A DNA stretch of 64,000 nucleotides, taken from the NCBI RefSeq assembly GCF_032444005.1, contig NC_091283.1:823174001-823238000 (forward strand). The letters run 5' to 3'. The translations under genes and the position numbers were made by a program. The notes under the pieces were generated by a model. That model saw only the letters and a list, made by a program, of their open reading frames with translations. It was not told the DNA's origin and did not search any database. Origin of the DNA: Ranitomeya imitator (lineage: Eukaryota). Positions 1 to 12,757 of the stretch are shown here, piece after piece. The stretch's first letter is position 1. Each line of letters begins with the position of its first letter.

Positions 1-886
1 GATACACAAAGTAAGTACTCCAGCCTCAACAGGCATAAGAGATCTGGTTAGTAAGCATGCAGTTTGTATCTTGAAATCTGGTGGCTAAAGACATTCACAA
101 CTATTTTTTTTTACTGTGTCAATGCATCTAAAGTCAAACCAGAAATAAGTTTGCAATAGATCTTGCTTTTTAAAGGGAACCTGTTGCATCCTTTTTTGGC
201 ACTAAACTGCCCCCAATGTCCTGGCAGCGATGCACATTGCATCACTAACATGTTTATATCAAGGAAAACGTCCCAGAATTTTTTGCAAAAAAAAAATAAA
301 TCACTTTTTATACTTTGATTGCCCCACATACCTCCTGTTTCAGTCATGGGGGTGGAGATCTCTAGCTTTACAGTCACGGTCAGACTAATGCTTTTTCAAA
401 TGTCTCCATGCCCATCGCATTATTATTCCTTCCTCTCACTGCTCCCTATGTCACTGCAATCTTCCAGCAGATCCCGCTCTTGTACAATGACGCTCAGCTT
501 TCCGAGCACGGGCACTGAATCTGGGTGTACGTCCCAGCTTCATATCCTATGTGTGCGTGCTCTGGAGCCGCTGAGCGTCAGTGGCTGGTGGACTCCTCTA
601 TCATTATTTTAATCACATGATGTCATAGACCTGATGGAAAAGAGAAGAATTCGCTAGGTAGAAAAATAAAATGAGCAAGTGTGCAGAATCAGAACAGCGC
701 CGTACATTGTGTTGTGGCCAATCTAAGGTACTGCAACTTGATCCCTATTGAAGTGAATGGGAGCGGAGCTGCAGTACTCAGATATGACCACTTCACAGTT
801 AGTGGAGCTGTGCTGTACACTGGTTACATATCGGCTGATCGGTGGGGTGCCGAGTGTTTGACCTCCACCAAACTAATATTGATGAC

Positions 887-1165
887 TAGTGATGAGCGAA
901 TATACTCGTTACTTGGGATTTTTCGAGCACGCTCGGGTGTCCTCCGAGTATTTTTTTTAGTGCTCGGAGATTTAGTTTTCCTCAGCTGAATGATTTACCT
1001 CTCTTAGCCAGCTTGATTACATGTGGGGATTCCCTAGCAACCAGGCAACCCCCACATGTACTTATGCTGGCTGACAGATGTAAATCATTCAGCTGCGGCG
1101 AAGAAAACTAAATCTCTGTGTGTGCTCTGGAAATCTCAAGTAACGAGTATATTCGCTCATCACTA
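887..1165. mobile_element. hAT-type MITE (TAGTGATGAGCG termini)
   Basis: Perfect 8-bp TSD TTGATGAC at 879-886 and 1166-1173. Confidence 0.85.
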
Positions 1166-1699
1166 TTGATGACCTAGCGATAGGCTGTCAATATCAAACC
1201 TTATCGACCGCTTGAAAATAAGGTATTAATAAGGATCCCGATCAGAGTAGGGTCTGACGTCACACTCCGGAGGGGCCGCAGGAGATGCAGTGCTACCCGG
1301 ACCATAAGGCAACCAAAAATGTCCCTTTGGCCCAATCCCAAGACAAATCCTATTTTTTTGGAACTGTTACATTGCGGCCTGCAAGCTTTGTTACCCCATT
1401 GTGCAGGGTTTAAAATACTTAATTTCCAGACCCTACAGTTTAGGGGACTGTGACTGTGCACTCCCCTCCCTGAGAAAATCACAACCTTATCTTTTCTATT
1501 GCACTAAATCTCATTGGCTTGGGTCAGGTCACACTACCTTATAAATCCCTGGGTCAATCTCTAAAACTTTTAATGTAATGACAACAAGCAGTTAATACAT
1601 CACAGTGGATGCTGGGAGTTGTGGTTCCCCAGGCTGCAGATACATCTCTGGAGGACATGATGCTCCTGGATGAGGAGGAATCTCTGTTCTGTGCTGACT

Positions 1700-1845
1700 C
1701 TCGGCTCAGCCAATAGGATCCGTCCGAGAGGGCAGCGGCAGCCAATGGCAGGCGAGCAGAGCGGAAGTGCAGCTGTCAGCAGTGATACATTGTCGCGTTC
1801 CATGATCCCGGGCAGTGACACTTTGTAGCCGCCGCTGATCGCACG
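1700..1845 (+). promoter_or_regulatory. ATP6V0E2 promoter: two CCAAT boxes and an ETS site in a CpG-rich region
   Basis: CCAAT at 1710 and 1742 (32-bp spacing); CGGAAGT at 1762; a CRE TGACGTCA lies further upstream at 1255. Confidence 0.55.
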
Positions 1846-1949
1846 ATGACCGCGCACTCCTTCACGGTGCCCATGATCATCTTCACCACCTTCTGGGGCA
1901 TCATCGGCATCGCGGCCCCATGGTTCGTCCCGAAAGGCCCCAACAGAGG
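1846..1949 (+). CDS. ATP6V0E2: V-type proton ATPase subunit e2, coding exon 1 ([35 protein letters not shown])
   Basis: ATG at 1846 in a CpG-rich context; donor GG|GTAAG after 1949; 104 nt; translation closely matches recalled human ATP6V0E2 N-terminus [35 protein letters not shown]. Confidence 0.93.
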
Positions 1950-2708
1950 GTAAGAGGGTCCTCGTTACACATTAGCCCTGCAGCCATCTGCCCAAGCTGC
2001 ATGCTTAGACCTGTAGTTCCACACCAGTGCTATCATCCATCCCTGTGTTCTGTCTGGATCATGGGGGTAGTAGTGCTACCCCCATGATCCATACAAGGTC
2101 TGCAGACCCCATGATTGGATGTAGCAGAGCTGAATGATCGCACCAATCCGCTCCACTGTGTCTTTCTACAGATATTATGAGGCTGTAAACAATTATAGCT
2201 GGAATGTAAATATTTGAAGATTAATCAACACAATAGAAACAAGTGTCATTATTGTGCTTTATTTATTTTGTGTACTTCCAGCATATTCCACAGTGAAGCA
2301 CGTGGGTCGCAAATCCTCACAACCGTCACTAATCCCAATGTGATTTACTTAAAGGGCACCTGTCAGTAGGATCCACCATCCTGTATGGGAACAGCGGTCA
2401 TAGGAAGCTGAATAAAATGTTACATTGTTATCAGCGATCCGATGTCTCATTCCACAGAAATCCATGTTTTTCTTTATATGTAAATGAGCTGTCCGATCTA
2501 TGGGCGGGACATAGATCTGCATAGAGATTATTTACATGAAAGGAGGCGTTACTAGTGTGAGACATGTAATGACTGGCAGTCTGCTCCGCTATCTACACGT
2601 CTCACACTGGTAATGCCGCCTTTCTCTTCCAATAATCTATTCTCTGGGGGAATCATCTGTAGCTGTATGGTGTCACCAGATCTCTCATGTTGAATTTCTT
2701 CCCCTCAG

Positions 2709-2756
2709 GGTGATCATTACCATGCTGGTCACTACGGCCGTCTGCTGCTATCTGTT
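2709..2756 (+). CDS. ATP6V0E2: ATP6V0E2 coding exon 2 (VIITMLVTTAVCCYLF)
   Basis: Acceptor ttcttcccctcag|G, donor TT|GTAAGT; 48 nt; phase consistent with exons 1 and 3. Confidence 0.93.
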
Positions 2757-3151
2757 GTAAGTATCTTCATTTCATTTATTTCTATGCTCGTTTACACGTT
2801 ATAGCCGACACTGCAAGATCTTTGCACCTTTCAAATTGACCGCAGCCTAAAGCATTTTGATTGATTGGCCGCCTGGCTGTGTGGCTAAATGGCAGCGACC
2901 ATTCCTGATCACTGCGGTCAATCTAATAAGAAGCAACTAATCCGGCATCTGAGGAGCTCTGCATGTAACAGATCCAACGAATAAAGCCTGATGTAACAGA
3001 GGCCATGTCTCTCATGTGCTTTTCATTAGTTATGACACACCGAACATAGTAGTAACAATCGGCACATGATCGGAGTATCATCCGGTACTGCGAGGTTACA
3101 ACACCGGAGCCTCGATCACGTATTACAAGTCAAGTATCAGCTCATCCTATT

Positions 3152-3490
3152 CAGGGCTGTGGAGTCTGTAAGCCAGCTTTCCTGTTCACTCCAGAAGTGC
3201 TGAGATGAATGCAGGCATTCCTTCCCTGTGTGTTTGTTACTTTTTCCATTTATCTGTAGAGGAGGAGCTTCACTACTTATCATGAACATAAAGTGCAGCA
3301 CAGATTCATCTCAGCTAAAAGTCTAGACTTTAGATCAGAAATAGGACATTTCATAACTTTCCCAAATTCTTATGGAAAAAATATTCCCCACAAACTGCAT
3401 TGAACTACTGTACCAAATTTATTATATATTTTAGGAGTCTGTCCATTTTATACCGACTCCACCAAAATGGGCTCCAACTCCACAGCCCTG
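3152..3490. mobile_element. hAT-type MITE (CAGGGCTGTGGAGT termini) in ATP6V0E2 intron 2
   Basis: Terminal inverted repeats; degenerate 8-bp TSD ATCCTATT / ATCCTTAG. Confidence 0.6.
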
Positions 3491-3841
3491 ATCCTTAGTC
3501 TTGCGTGGCTTCCTCTTGACCAATAATACGGCTCTGCCATGAGTAAGGACACTAGTCCCAAACACATCGGCCATTTACCTGGCCTGTAGATTGATAAGTG
3601 ATCGCTGGGTTCCCTTATCGATCCCAGCAATGAAGCTGTGAAGTGCCCCTTTACCATGTGCACCAGTGCTTAATTCATCATCTGTGGCACTGACTGAGCC
3701 CAAGTGTCGGTCCCAGTGGCCGGTGATACTGCGTAATATTTGTGGCTCCTATGGAGTGAATGGGAGGGGGGGGTACATGATGGAGGGGCACAGCGGTATA
3801 TAATGTATATCATTGGATATTTGTGTCCCTTTCCTCTGTAG

Positions 3842-3935
3842 TTGGCTGGTGACCATCTTATCCCAAGTCAATCCACTATTTGGACCACAGTTGAAAAATG
3901 ACACAATTTGGTATGTGCGCTTCCTATGGGAATGA
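3842..3935 (+). CDS. ATP6V0E2: ATP6V0E2 coding exon 3 ([30 protein letters not shown])
   Basis: Acceptor ttcctctgtag|T; TGA at 3933-3935; CDS 104+48+94=246 nt = 81 aa; C-terminal IWYVRFLWE is e2-type. Confidence 0.93.
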
Positions 3936-4117
3936 AGAGGCTGGAGCTCAGGCTTGTATGGTAACTTATCAGACTTTTATGTTTTTATTCCTTTGTGGAT
4001 TTAAATATTTTACACACGGTGACAGTGCGGTTCTGTATGTACAGAAAATGACGGCACGTGTTGCTCCATAGGTCGGCCTCACATCAAGTTTGAACCCACG
4101 TTTGAAACTTAATTTAA

Positions 4118-4434
4118 AGGGAACCTGTCACCTGAATTTGGCGGGACCAGTTTTGGGTCATATGGGCGGAGTTTTCAGGTGTTTGATTCACCCTTTCCTT
4201 ACCCGCTGGCTGCAATATTGGATTGAAGTTCATTCTCTGTCCTCCGTAGTACACACCTGCGAAAGGTAATCTTGCATTGCGCAGGCGTGTACTACGGAGG
4301 ACAGAGAATGAACTTCAATCCAATATTTCGGCCAGCATGCAGCCAGCGGGTAAGGAAAGGGTGAATCAAACACCTGAAAACTCCGCCCATATGACCCAAA
4401 ACTGGTCCCGCCAAATTCAGGTGACAGGTTCCCT
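4118..4434. mobile_element. T2/Kolobok-type MITE, near-perfect 317-bp foldback
   Basis: TTAA-AGGGAACCTGTCACC...GGTGACAGGTTCCCT-TTAA; arms complementary almost to the centre. Confidence 0.85.
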
Positions 4435-4793
4435 TTAAAGCTCCTGAAAAACTGGATTTGTACAGAACACCCAGCAGAGCCCTTCACCATGAGGCTGTGT
4501 CACAATACCAGGCATGGACAGGGGTGGCGCTAGCTGTCCTGTTAACCCTCTACAGCCCTTCAAGCAAAAAAAAAAAAAAAAGTTTGACATCTTTTTCATT
4601 GCTGGTGACAATTATCATTCATTTGCTTAGTAACGAGAGATAAGATGATCTCCTGAAATTCGATTTTGGCAGATCACTTGCAGATTCTCTTCTAAATGAA
4701 GTAACACAATTAACTGGAGGAAGGGGTAAAAAAAATAATACATTTCAGCAGCATAATAAGAAGCAAGTAAAAAGTTTATTTTTTTATTATTAA

Positions 4794-5124
4794 AGAGGTT
4801 GTCCATTTTGATGGTCTATCCTTGGATAAGTCATCAATGTCTGGTGGGGGTGTGACACCCAGCACCCCCAGATCCGCTGTTCTCGGCAGTGCAGCTCCAT
4901 CAGCGGAATAGTGGCGGCGGGCGGGTACTGCACATACGCCTCTACTGACTTTAATAGGGGGTAGATGTGCAGTACCCGGCCGTGGACACTATACAGAGCT
5001 ATGCAGCTACTTAAGCAGTTCTGGCCGACACCGGGAACAGCTGATCAGCGGAATGCCGGGAGTCGCACCCCCACCAGACATTGACTAGGACTGGCCATCA
5101 ATGTTAAGGTAGTGGACATCCTCT
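4794..5124. mobile_element. T2/Kolobok-type MITE
   Basis: TTAA-AGAGGTTGTCC...GGACATCCTCT-TTAA. Confidence 0.7.
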
Positions 5125-5302
5125 TTAACCCTTTGTTAGTCTAAAAGAATCCATTATTTTGGTGAATCTCAGTGCAATGAACTCCAAAGATCTGAGATTT
5201 GTCAGATTCTGAATCTTTGAGAAAATTTGTTGCATAATCTGTTTTTCTCATCTTTATTAGTAACTCGTGACTTTTGTGCCTAACCCATTTTTCTCGTTGT
5301 AG

Positions 5303-5720
5303 GTTTCCAGTCATCGTCACCCTGTCTCCCTCTTGCACCTCCCTATTTATTGGATTATTCGGGACATTTTTCCAGACCCCTGTACATCTGTTGACCAAAA
5401 CGGAAACCAAATCTGTCCAGCGTTGTACGTGACTTTCCCCATGGTTTGGGGACATGGACTGGATGGTGTGATTGTAGTACAGTGGTAATGATACATTATT
5501 ATTTATTCTATTTAAGGGGAACGGTTGGGATAAAAGCCGAGCTGTTGTTGTGGATCACTAGCCCAATTTCTCTTTTAGTCAGTTTTTGATAAGTTCACCC
5601 CCCACCCCACGCCATTTGTCTGTGACCCGGATTTAGTGTTCTGTAGAGGAGGCTCAGATCCTCCTCCAATGTAATTTATTTGTGGATTGTGCAATAAATA
5701 ACAAAGAAATCCCTATATTA
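5303..5720 (+). other. ATP6V0E2: Probable non-coding last exon (3'UTR) of ATP6V0E2
   Basis: Candidate donor ATG|GTAACT at 3960/3961, 25 nt after the stop; strong acceptor tttttctcgttgtag at 5302; AATAAA at 5693 and 5864; 3' end approximate. Confidence 0.4.
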
Positions 5721-7883
5721 CTATAATGCTTGAGACGTTTTGCTGCTTGGCATCAATGGAGGAGTTGTATGTTACAAATGCAGACCTCGGGTGACTTGTA
5801 AATCCACCGGTGACTTTATTCAGATGCTTGGATCAGTGAGAACACAGGACAGATTTCACATTAAATAAAAAGTGGGCGAAGAAAACATGTTCCCTTTAAT
5901 TTAGGGGTTGTCCAAGATAAGAAAAATATGACTGCTCATTTCTAAAAACAGCACCACTTCTTGTCGACAGGTTGTTTCTGGAAGTGCAGCCCAGCCCCAT
6001 TCATTTTACGGCTATGGACAGTTCGGCTTCTGCAGCCTCTATGTATCACAGAGAAAAGCTCTGAGTCTGTTATCGGGGCTAGAGCTCACTCATGGAACAA
6101 GGTTTCATTATATATTTGAGTTTGTCTTCTACAGCTTCTATGTATCATTGTTCATAGACTGCAGAATCAACAGCAGAGTCTAACTCTTATCTCTCCTCTT
6201 CTAAGCCATCTAAACTAAGCTTACAAGATGGTTTAGAAGACGAAAGATAAGGGTTACAGATGAGTTTATTGGTAAGTGATACACAGAGGATGCAGAAGTC
6301 AAATGGTCCAAAGTTTTTAATGAAAACCTACTGCAAAAATACCACACATTAAGAAAAATGTTCCTTATTAAGTGAATGTTGATGACCTGGAATACTACAC
6401 ATAACCCATGGATAAGAGTGGTGTTTTTTTTTCTGTTCTCCAAAATACAGCCATAATTTTTCTAATCGGCCACCCCTTTTATTATAGCAAAAATAAACAG
6501 ATTTCACGACACGGAAAATGAAAATCCGGATACGGAGTGTTACATTGGGACAAACAATGATGGCCGCAGTCATCGTCTCGTACGTGATTCCACTGATGGT
6601 CGTTACTTCATTGACTCCTGGTACCGGCCTGTGAATGGCAGTGGGTTGCCGTGTGCGATAATGGAATGTTCACATGACGGAGACCCCCATTGTTTAAACT
6701 AAAGGGGTCCTCCTATTTCATATAAATAAAGCTTATTCACTGTGCAGAACATTACTAATTCCTCAGTTTCTGATCTCTGCTTGTTGTCAATGAATGAAAA
6801 CGTAGATTCTGAAGTTGAAGCCACTTTGTATCCTGTCAAGATCGGCGCGGTTTGTTACCGTCCAAGAATGACAGCAAGCGGAGATCTAACTTTATTTGCT
6901 AAAACAATAATTCCTCATCTTTTATAGGAAAGTAATGGACATAACACACAACGTATATTACCAATGACCTGATTACTGGGGAGTGCGAACTTTCAGTAGG
7001 TCAGACCACAATGGCTGCGTGTTAATGGGGACAGAGCCAGCTGCAAAGTGGTAGTGTAAAATCTGTGCCACTTCAGATGATGGAAAACTAGAACTCCTAT
7101 AAAAACTTCTCACAGGAATAAATGAGTGCTGGGGCTGACCATTTGTATCCCCATAGATTATCAACGTGTGCGTGGGGCAGTACTGAGCATGTGCGACCAC
7201 GGCTTCATTCCCTGTATATTGGAGTGGTGGTCGCACATGCTCACTAATGCTCCATTCATACAGGGGATTTTGGGACCCTTGTTCTCAGGATAAGTGGAAG
7301 TTAAAGTACCAGGACCCCTAGCGATCATATATAATCTATTCCATGTATGGGTGATTAAAAAGTCGCTTTTGGTACAACCCCTATAATACTGTATATAGCT
7401 AAAACAGTCTCCTCTATGAGGCTCTTGGTTGTAAAGTCATCTACATTAATTAGATGAAAGTGACTTATTGTTGGGCCGGCTGGTAAGTCTAAAGGTCATA
7501 GATACCTGTTCATTTCTGTGGTTGCTGAACAATCGGGGATCCTAATGAAAGGTGAAATGTTGAACAGTGAACCAAGAACAACCAAAGCAAGGTGTTATCT
7601 GAGCATGCTCGTGTGCTAATAGTGACTTTGGCGTGCTTGAAAAATATGTCCGCGGCTGCTTGTCTTGTGCCTGTTTTGTTAGGCAATCCCTGCATGTGTT
7701 GCGAGTGTCAGACAGCTGCACGACATTCGGCTGTAGGGACTTGAGCATATTAGTCGAGCATGCCGAAGACACTCTATTGGCATCTGAGCATGCTCAGATA
7801 ACACCTTATCCAAGCACGCTCCCTCATCACTACTCCGTCACCTTTCCATTAGTACTGCGCTACCCAACATGTCCGACCCTTTA

Positions 7884-8502
7884 GGAAGTTAATGAGCGGT
7901 ATGGCATGAGCAGGGTCCCTTCCACAGGTGAGGTGACGCAGCAGCCCGGTATCCAATGTGAGCAGCAGAGCCAGGTTAATTACCAGTTTCTCGGTGGCGA
8001 CGGCCATCTTCCTGAGGCCGTGCGTGCGCAGATGAAGTGCTCTGCTTCCCGGGGCTTCAGGAAAATGGCCGCGGGAGGCCGCACGTGCGCAGATGGAGAT
8101 CGCGGTGGCCATTTTCCTGAAGCTGAGATCTAAATCTGTGAAATCAGCTTCAGGAAAATGGCCGCTACGATCTCCATCTGCGCACGTCCGACCTCCCGTG
8201 GCCATTTTCCTGAAGTCCCGGGAAGCAGAGCACTTCATCTGCGCACGCACGGCCTCAGGAAGATGGCCACCGAGACACCGGTGATTAACCCGGCTCTGCT
8301 ACTCACATTGGATCCCGGGCCGCTGCGTCACCTCACCTATGGAAGGGACCCTGCTCATGCCATACCGCTCATTATCCCTGCACCTCTGCCGCCGCCACCA
8401 CACCACTGCCGGTAAGCCTGTATTACGACTATAAGACGCACCCCCCATTTTCCTTAAATTTTTTTTGGGGAAAAAGTGCATCTTGTAGTCCGAAAAATAC
8501 GG
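7884..8502. mobile_element. Foldback element with a pogo/Tigger-like right end
   Basis: ~480-bp inverted repeat 7890-8372; right terminus GTAGTCCGAAAAATACGG-TA; left terminus not found. Confidence 0.55.
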
Positions 8503-9289
8503 TAATTTCTTTTCTATCGCCATTATATCAGCTGCTTTACTTCACAATTGTATCAGATGGGAAAATAAAGCATCTCACCTTGTGAGCCGATTGTATATAC
8601 AGAGGACCCCTGCCGTATCACCCCAGGTATTGCTTGTGTAGCCCCCACCATTGCGTCTCTTTATCAGGAGACCATTCGCTTTAGATTATAAATACACCAG
8701 ATATTTGGAATGTAAAAGGATTCGACTTCGGCTCTGAAAAACGAGCCCAAAATATGAACCTCTGCCGTACGGCAGAAATAAAGGGCACGGGGGAGTCACC
8801 TATGCACTGTGGATATGGAACTATTCGGGGATCTGATTCACGGCATGCTGTGGCGCATCCGTGTCCAGAGCAGATTAACTGCGTAACGGACTACAACAAA
8901 ATGGCCGCTGTCTCACTGTGTAGGTGACACGTGCGCTTCACACAATGTTTCCTCGGCTGCTGCCAAGTCTGAGGAACATAACGCTACCTATTCCTTCTGA
9001 TCTCAGCCGTTTAGGGATGAGATGGTAGTAATAGCACCACGAAGGGCAGAAGAGGATGAACTATGACATTTCAGAAACAGAACAGCAAAGCGAGGAGCCG
9101 GACGGTGATACAGCCTCCATTATAAAAAGGCGGAGATGTGGGAACGCTCCCAGGAAAGATTATTCCTCAATTCTGTTGAGGGCCAACAGCTCGACTGCTT
9201 GATCAGGTGCGATGTTTGTGCTTCAGATTCTGCCCAGTGCTGAGGTAGAGGTATCCCAGTCATTGCAAGGAGGAGTGATTTTATGTAGT

Positions 9290-11072
9290 GTGGCTTGCAA
9301 AAGTATTCACCCCTAGTGATGAGCGAGTGTACTCGTTGCTCAGGTTTTTCCGAGCACGCTCGGGTGACCTCCGAGTATTTATGACTGCTCGGAGATTTAG
9401 TTTTCATCGAGGCAGCTGAATGATTTACAGCTACTGGCCAGGCTGAGTACATGTGGAGGTTCCCTAACAACCCCCACATGTACTCAGCCTGGCTAGCAGC
9501 TGTAAATCATTCAGCTGCCGCGATGAAAATTAAATCTCCGAACACTAACAAATACTCAGAGATCACCCGAGCGTGCTCAGAAAAACACAAGCAACAAGTA
9601 TATTCGCTCAGCATTTTTTGTGTTTTGCTACCTCACAACCTGGAAGCTCACCTTTTTTAGGGTTTGCATCAGTTCATGTAAAGAACATGCCTACAACTAT
9701 TTTGAAGCAAACAACAAATAGGATGAAATAAGTAAAAACTTCAGTGTGTATAGCTATTTCTTCACCCCCTAAGGTCTATACTTTTGTTGAACCTATTTTT
9801 GCAGCAATTACAGCTGCAAGTCGCTTTGGATAAGTCTCTATGAGCTTCCCACATTTTACCACTAGGATTTTTCCTATTCCTCAAGGTAAAACTGCTCCGG
9901 CTTCTTCAAGTTAGATCGTTTCCTCTGGTGAACAGCGATCTTCAAGTCTGATGATAGATTCTCAATTGGATTACAGTCTGGGCTTTGACTAGACCACTCC
10001 AAAACATTTACACATTCCCCCTTAAACCAAAAGAGTGTTGCTTTAGCAGTGTGCTTTGGGTCATTGTCTTGTTGGAAGGTGAACCTCCGTCCTAGTCTCA
10101 GATCACGAACAGACAAACAGGTTTTGCTCAAGAATATCCCTGCATTTCGCACCATTTGCCCTGTCCCTGCTGCTAAAAAACATCCCCACAGCATGATGCT
10201 GCCCCCACAGTGTTTCACTGTGGGGATGGTGTTCTTGGGGTGACGAGCTATGCTGGTTTAGCACCAGACAGTGTTCACCTTGGTGACCAAAAAGTAAAAT
10301 TTTGGTCTCATCTGCCCACAGCAGTCTCCCACATGCCTTTTGGCGAACTCAAAACAAGCCTTACAATTTGTGTAAGTAAGGGTTTTTTTCAGCCCACTCT
10401 TCCATAAAGGCCACCCCTGTGCAGTGATCGGCTTATTGTGGTCATATGGACCAGATACTCCAGTCTCTGCTTGGGAACTCTGCAGCTCCTTCAGGGTAAC
10501 CTTTAGTGTCTGTGCTGCCTCTCCGATTAATGTCCTCCTTGCCCAGGCTGAGAGTTTTGGTGGGCGACCCTCTCTTGGCAGGTCTGTTGGCCATCTTTTT
10601 TACATTTGATGGTGTTCTGGGGGATCATCAGAGATTAGGATTTTTTTTTTTTTTTTTTTTTATATAACCCTTGGTCCTCGTGGTTTTTGGTTAGTGGGGC
10701 CTCTTGTTAATGGTGTTGCAGCCTCTGTGGCCTTTCAGAAAAGGTAAAGTCTATATACTGACAGACATGTGACACTTAATGACAGGACGTCCCCCTGTGT
10801 GCAATTTAAGCATGAGACTTACAAGAGTAATTGCTTGCACCAGAAATAGAGGGGCTTCATAGCAAAAGGGGTGAACAGATATGCACATGACAATCTTTAG
10901 TTAATTGATCCTATAAATCAAGCTTATGCCTATATTTTCTCCCTTCACCAACTTAGACTATTTAGTGCTGATGCATCACACACGAATCGGATTACAAAAG
11001 TATTCAAACGCAGATTGTGATGTACCAAAATAGGTAAAAAGCCACATGGGGGAATCATTTTGCAAGCCACTG
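9290..11072 (-). mobile_element. Degenerate Tc1-like element with a hAT MITE in its left TIR
   Basis: TGGCTTGCAAAAGTATTCACCCC and TTTTGCAAGCCACTG-TA termini; remnant peptide KHCGGSIMLWGCF...FQQDNDPKH...SPDCNPIE. Confidence 0.8.
9314..9610. mobile_element. hAT-type MITE of the same family, right end eroded
   Basis: TAGTGATGAGCGAG start; internal sequence homologous to 887-1165 and 62372-62680. Confidence 0.75.
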
Positions 11073-11353
11073 TAATGGCGGACTTCTGTGTGTAGGTGTG
11101 ACACTGGTGACCATGACACAAAGGAGATAAGACTATCAGCGAAAGAGAAATCACGGAAAGCCGAATTCAGACGTCCGTGTTCGGGCCGTGACGCGCAGAC
11201 TGGACGCTAATCTCCTGATCCACACGCGGCAGGCTCACATTCAGGTTCGGAGAGCCAATGCCAGTCTGTACATGAACGGTGGTGACACACGAACATCTGA
11301 ATTGGGCCTTACAATGCATAGTTAGCGTTAACCCCCAATGTGCTGGACCAGCA

Positions 11354-11585
11354 CTATCTGGGAAGCGCAGGCTCTGCTACCACGTGAACTCCCTCCTCCA
11401 GTAATAACAAGTCCAGGGCGGAGGCCCGCGCCAGCCTCCTGTGAATGCGTCTCAGGCGGAATATATACAGAATAATGGCCAGCAGCACCACCAGGATGCA
11501 GGCGAAGAACAGGTAGTGGTTGTAGACAAACGAGATCCTGTACCAGCTAACGTGAGCCGGGCGAGAGCCGTCCTGCCGCATGTCC
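11354..11585 (-). CDS. ENTPD7: ENTPD7 last coding exon (DMRQDGSRP...YNHYLFFACILVVLLAIILYIFRLRRIHRR...ALPR*)
   Basis: 232 nt; C-terminal TM helix; TAG at 11354-11356; summed CDS 1833 nt = 610 aa; C-terminus and the SLC25A28 neighbour favour ENTPD7 over ENTPD4. Confidence 0.93.
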
Positions 11586-11682
11586 CTGCAAGAAGAAAGA
11601 CTTGTGATCAAGGTGGACGATATCTGTGACAAATACATCTGGGGCTCAGACGGCTGCAACAGCGATTTTAGAATCTAAATAA

Positions 11683-12115
11683 AGTGTTATATTCCCAGTT
11701 GAGATGGATCTTGTCAATTCTTGTAAATACAAGCATTTTTTGCAACTCTCCGCTTATTGAAACTTGCATTTGTTCTTGAGACACTAACATTTTTTTCCAT
11801 CTGTTTACAGTTTGTCACCTAGGAGACCGACCACTGCTTCTCTCTAGCTTGTAAGCACTGCGCTGAGGCTGCCAGGTTTAGGAGACAACAGCGCGTTCCA
11901 GCGATCCTGGCAGCTTCAAAACAAGGCTTAAAAGCTCAATAGAAAAGAGCTTGTAAGCACTGCGCATGTTCTGCTGTCTAGCAGCGGTGGTCGGTCTCTG
12001 AGGCAAGGAGTCGTAAGCAAAATTAAAGTATTAGTATCTCAAGGATGGATTAAAAATTGCTTGCATTTACAAGCACTTGTCAACAATACCAATGTATGAA
12101 GGTGGGAATAATACT
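11683..12115. mobile_element. T2/Kolobok-like palindromic MITE in the last ENTPD7 intron
   Basis: AGTGTTATATTCCCA / TGGGAATAATACT-TTAA termini; internal inverted repeats. Confidence 0.55.
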
Positions 12116-12595
12116 TTAAGGATGGCTGTCCCTCCTGACTGCAGGATTTATGATCTAATCTCAGTATCTATGCGGTTAGTTTGGGACAACAGACTCGCTA
12201 TCGGGCTGTAAGACAGATGCTAAGATGTGCCCAAGTTATAGTCGTCTGAATGATGCCTTCGGCTGTCTGCAGACATTGTCCATACCAGGAAGCTGAGGTA
12301 TAAGGAGCGATTTGTGACAGCGACTCCTTGTCGCAGTACAGCCACTGTCTTGTTGGCAAATCTTCGCTGGCAGGATGGAGAAACAATTCCTTACATCTCA
12401 GGCTTTGGGCCATTGTGGGTGTGAAATGTTCATGGATTTTAGCTGCAGAAACACTGTGGATTTTAGTTTAGAAATCTGCACCCAACGTGTGAACGTAGAC
12501 TCCAGGCGACAGCTGCTGCTGCGGATCTTCTGACCGTGCCCCAGGGAGTCTGCCAGCAAATGTCGGAGCCAAGACTATATGTATTGATCACATAC

Positions 12596-12757
12596 CTGAG
12601 TGGCAGGAAGCGGGTCTTGTAGAGCATCGCTCCGAGTGTCCACTGCACCTCCTTGTCATACACCAGCTGGGCCGTCTTCAGGTTTGGGTAATTGGAAGGA
12701 AAGTGGAAACCATCATGAAGCACTTTATGCATCCATGCAGACTTAAAGCACTGATAC
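12596..12757 (-). CDS. ENTPD7: ENTPD7 coding exon 11 (YQCFKSAW...VQWTLGAMLYKTRFLPLR)
   Basis: ACR5 WTLGA; 162 nt; AG/GT boundaries. Confidence 0.95.

Noticed and set aside
111-1745. Short minus-strand ORFs suggesting a divergent gene upstream of ATP6V0E2
   Set aside because: No recognisable homology or consistent exon structure; the region is largely MITE-derived
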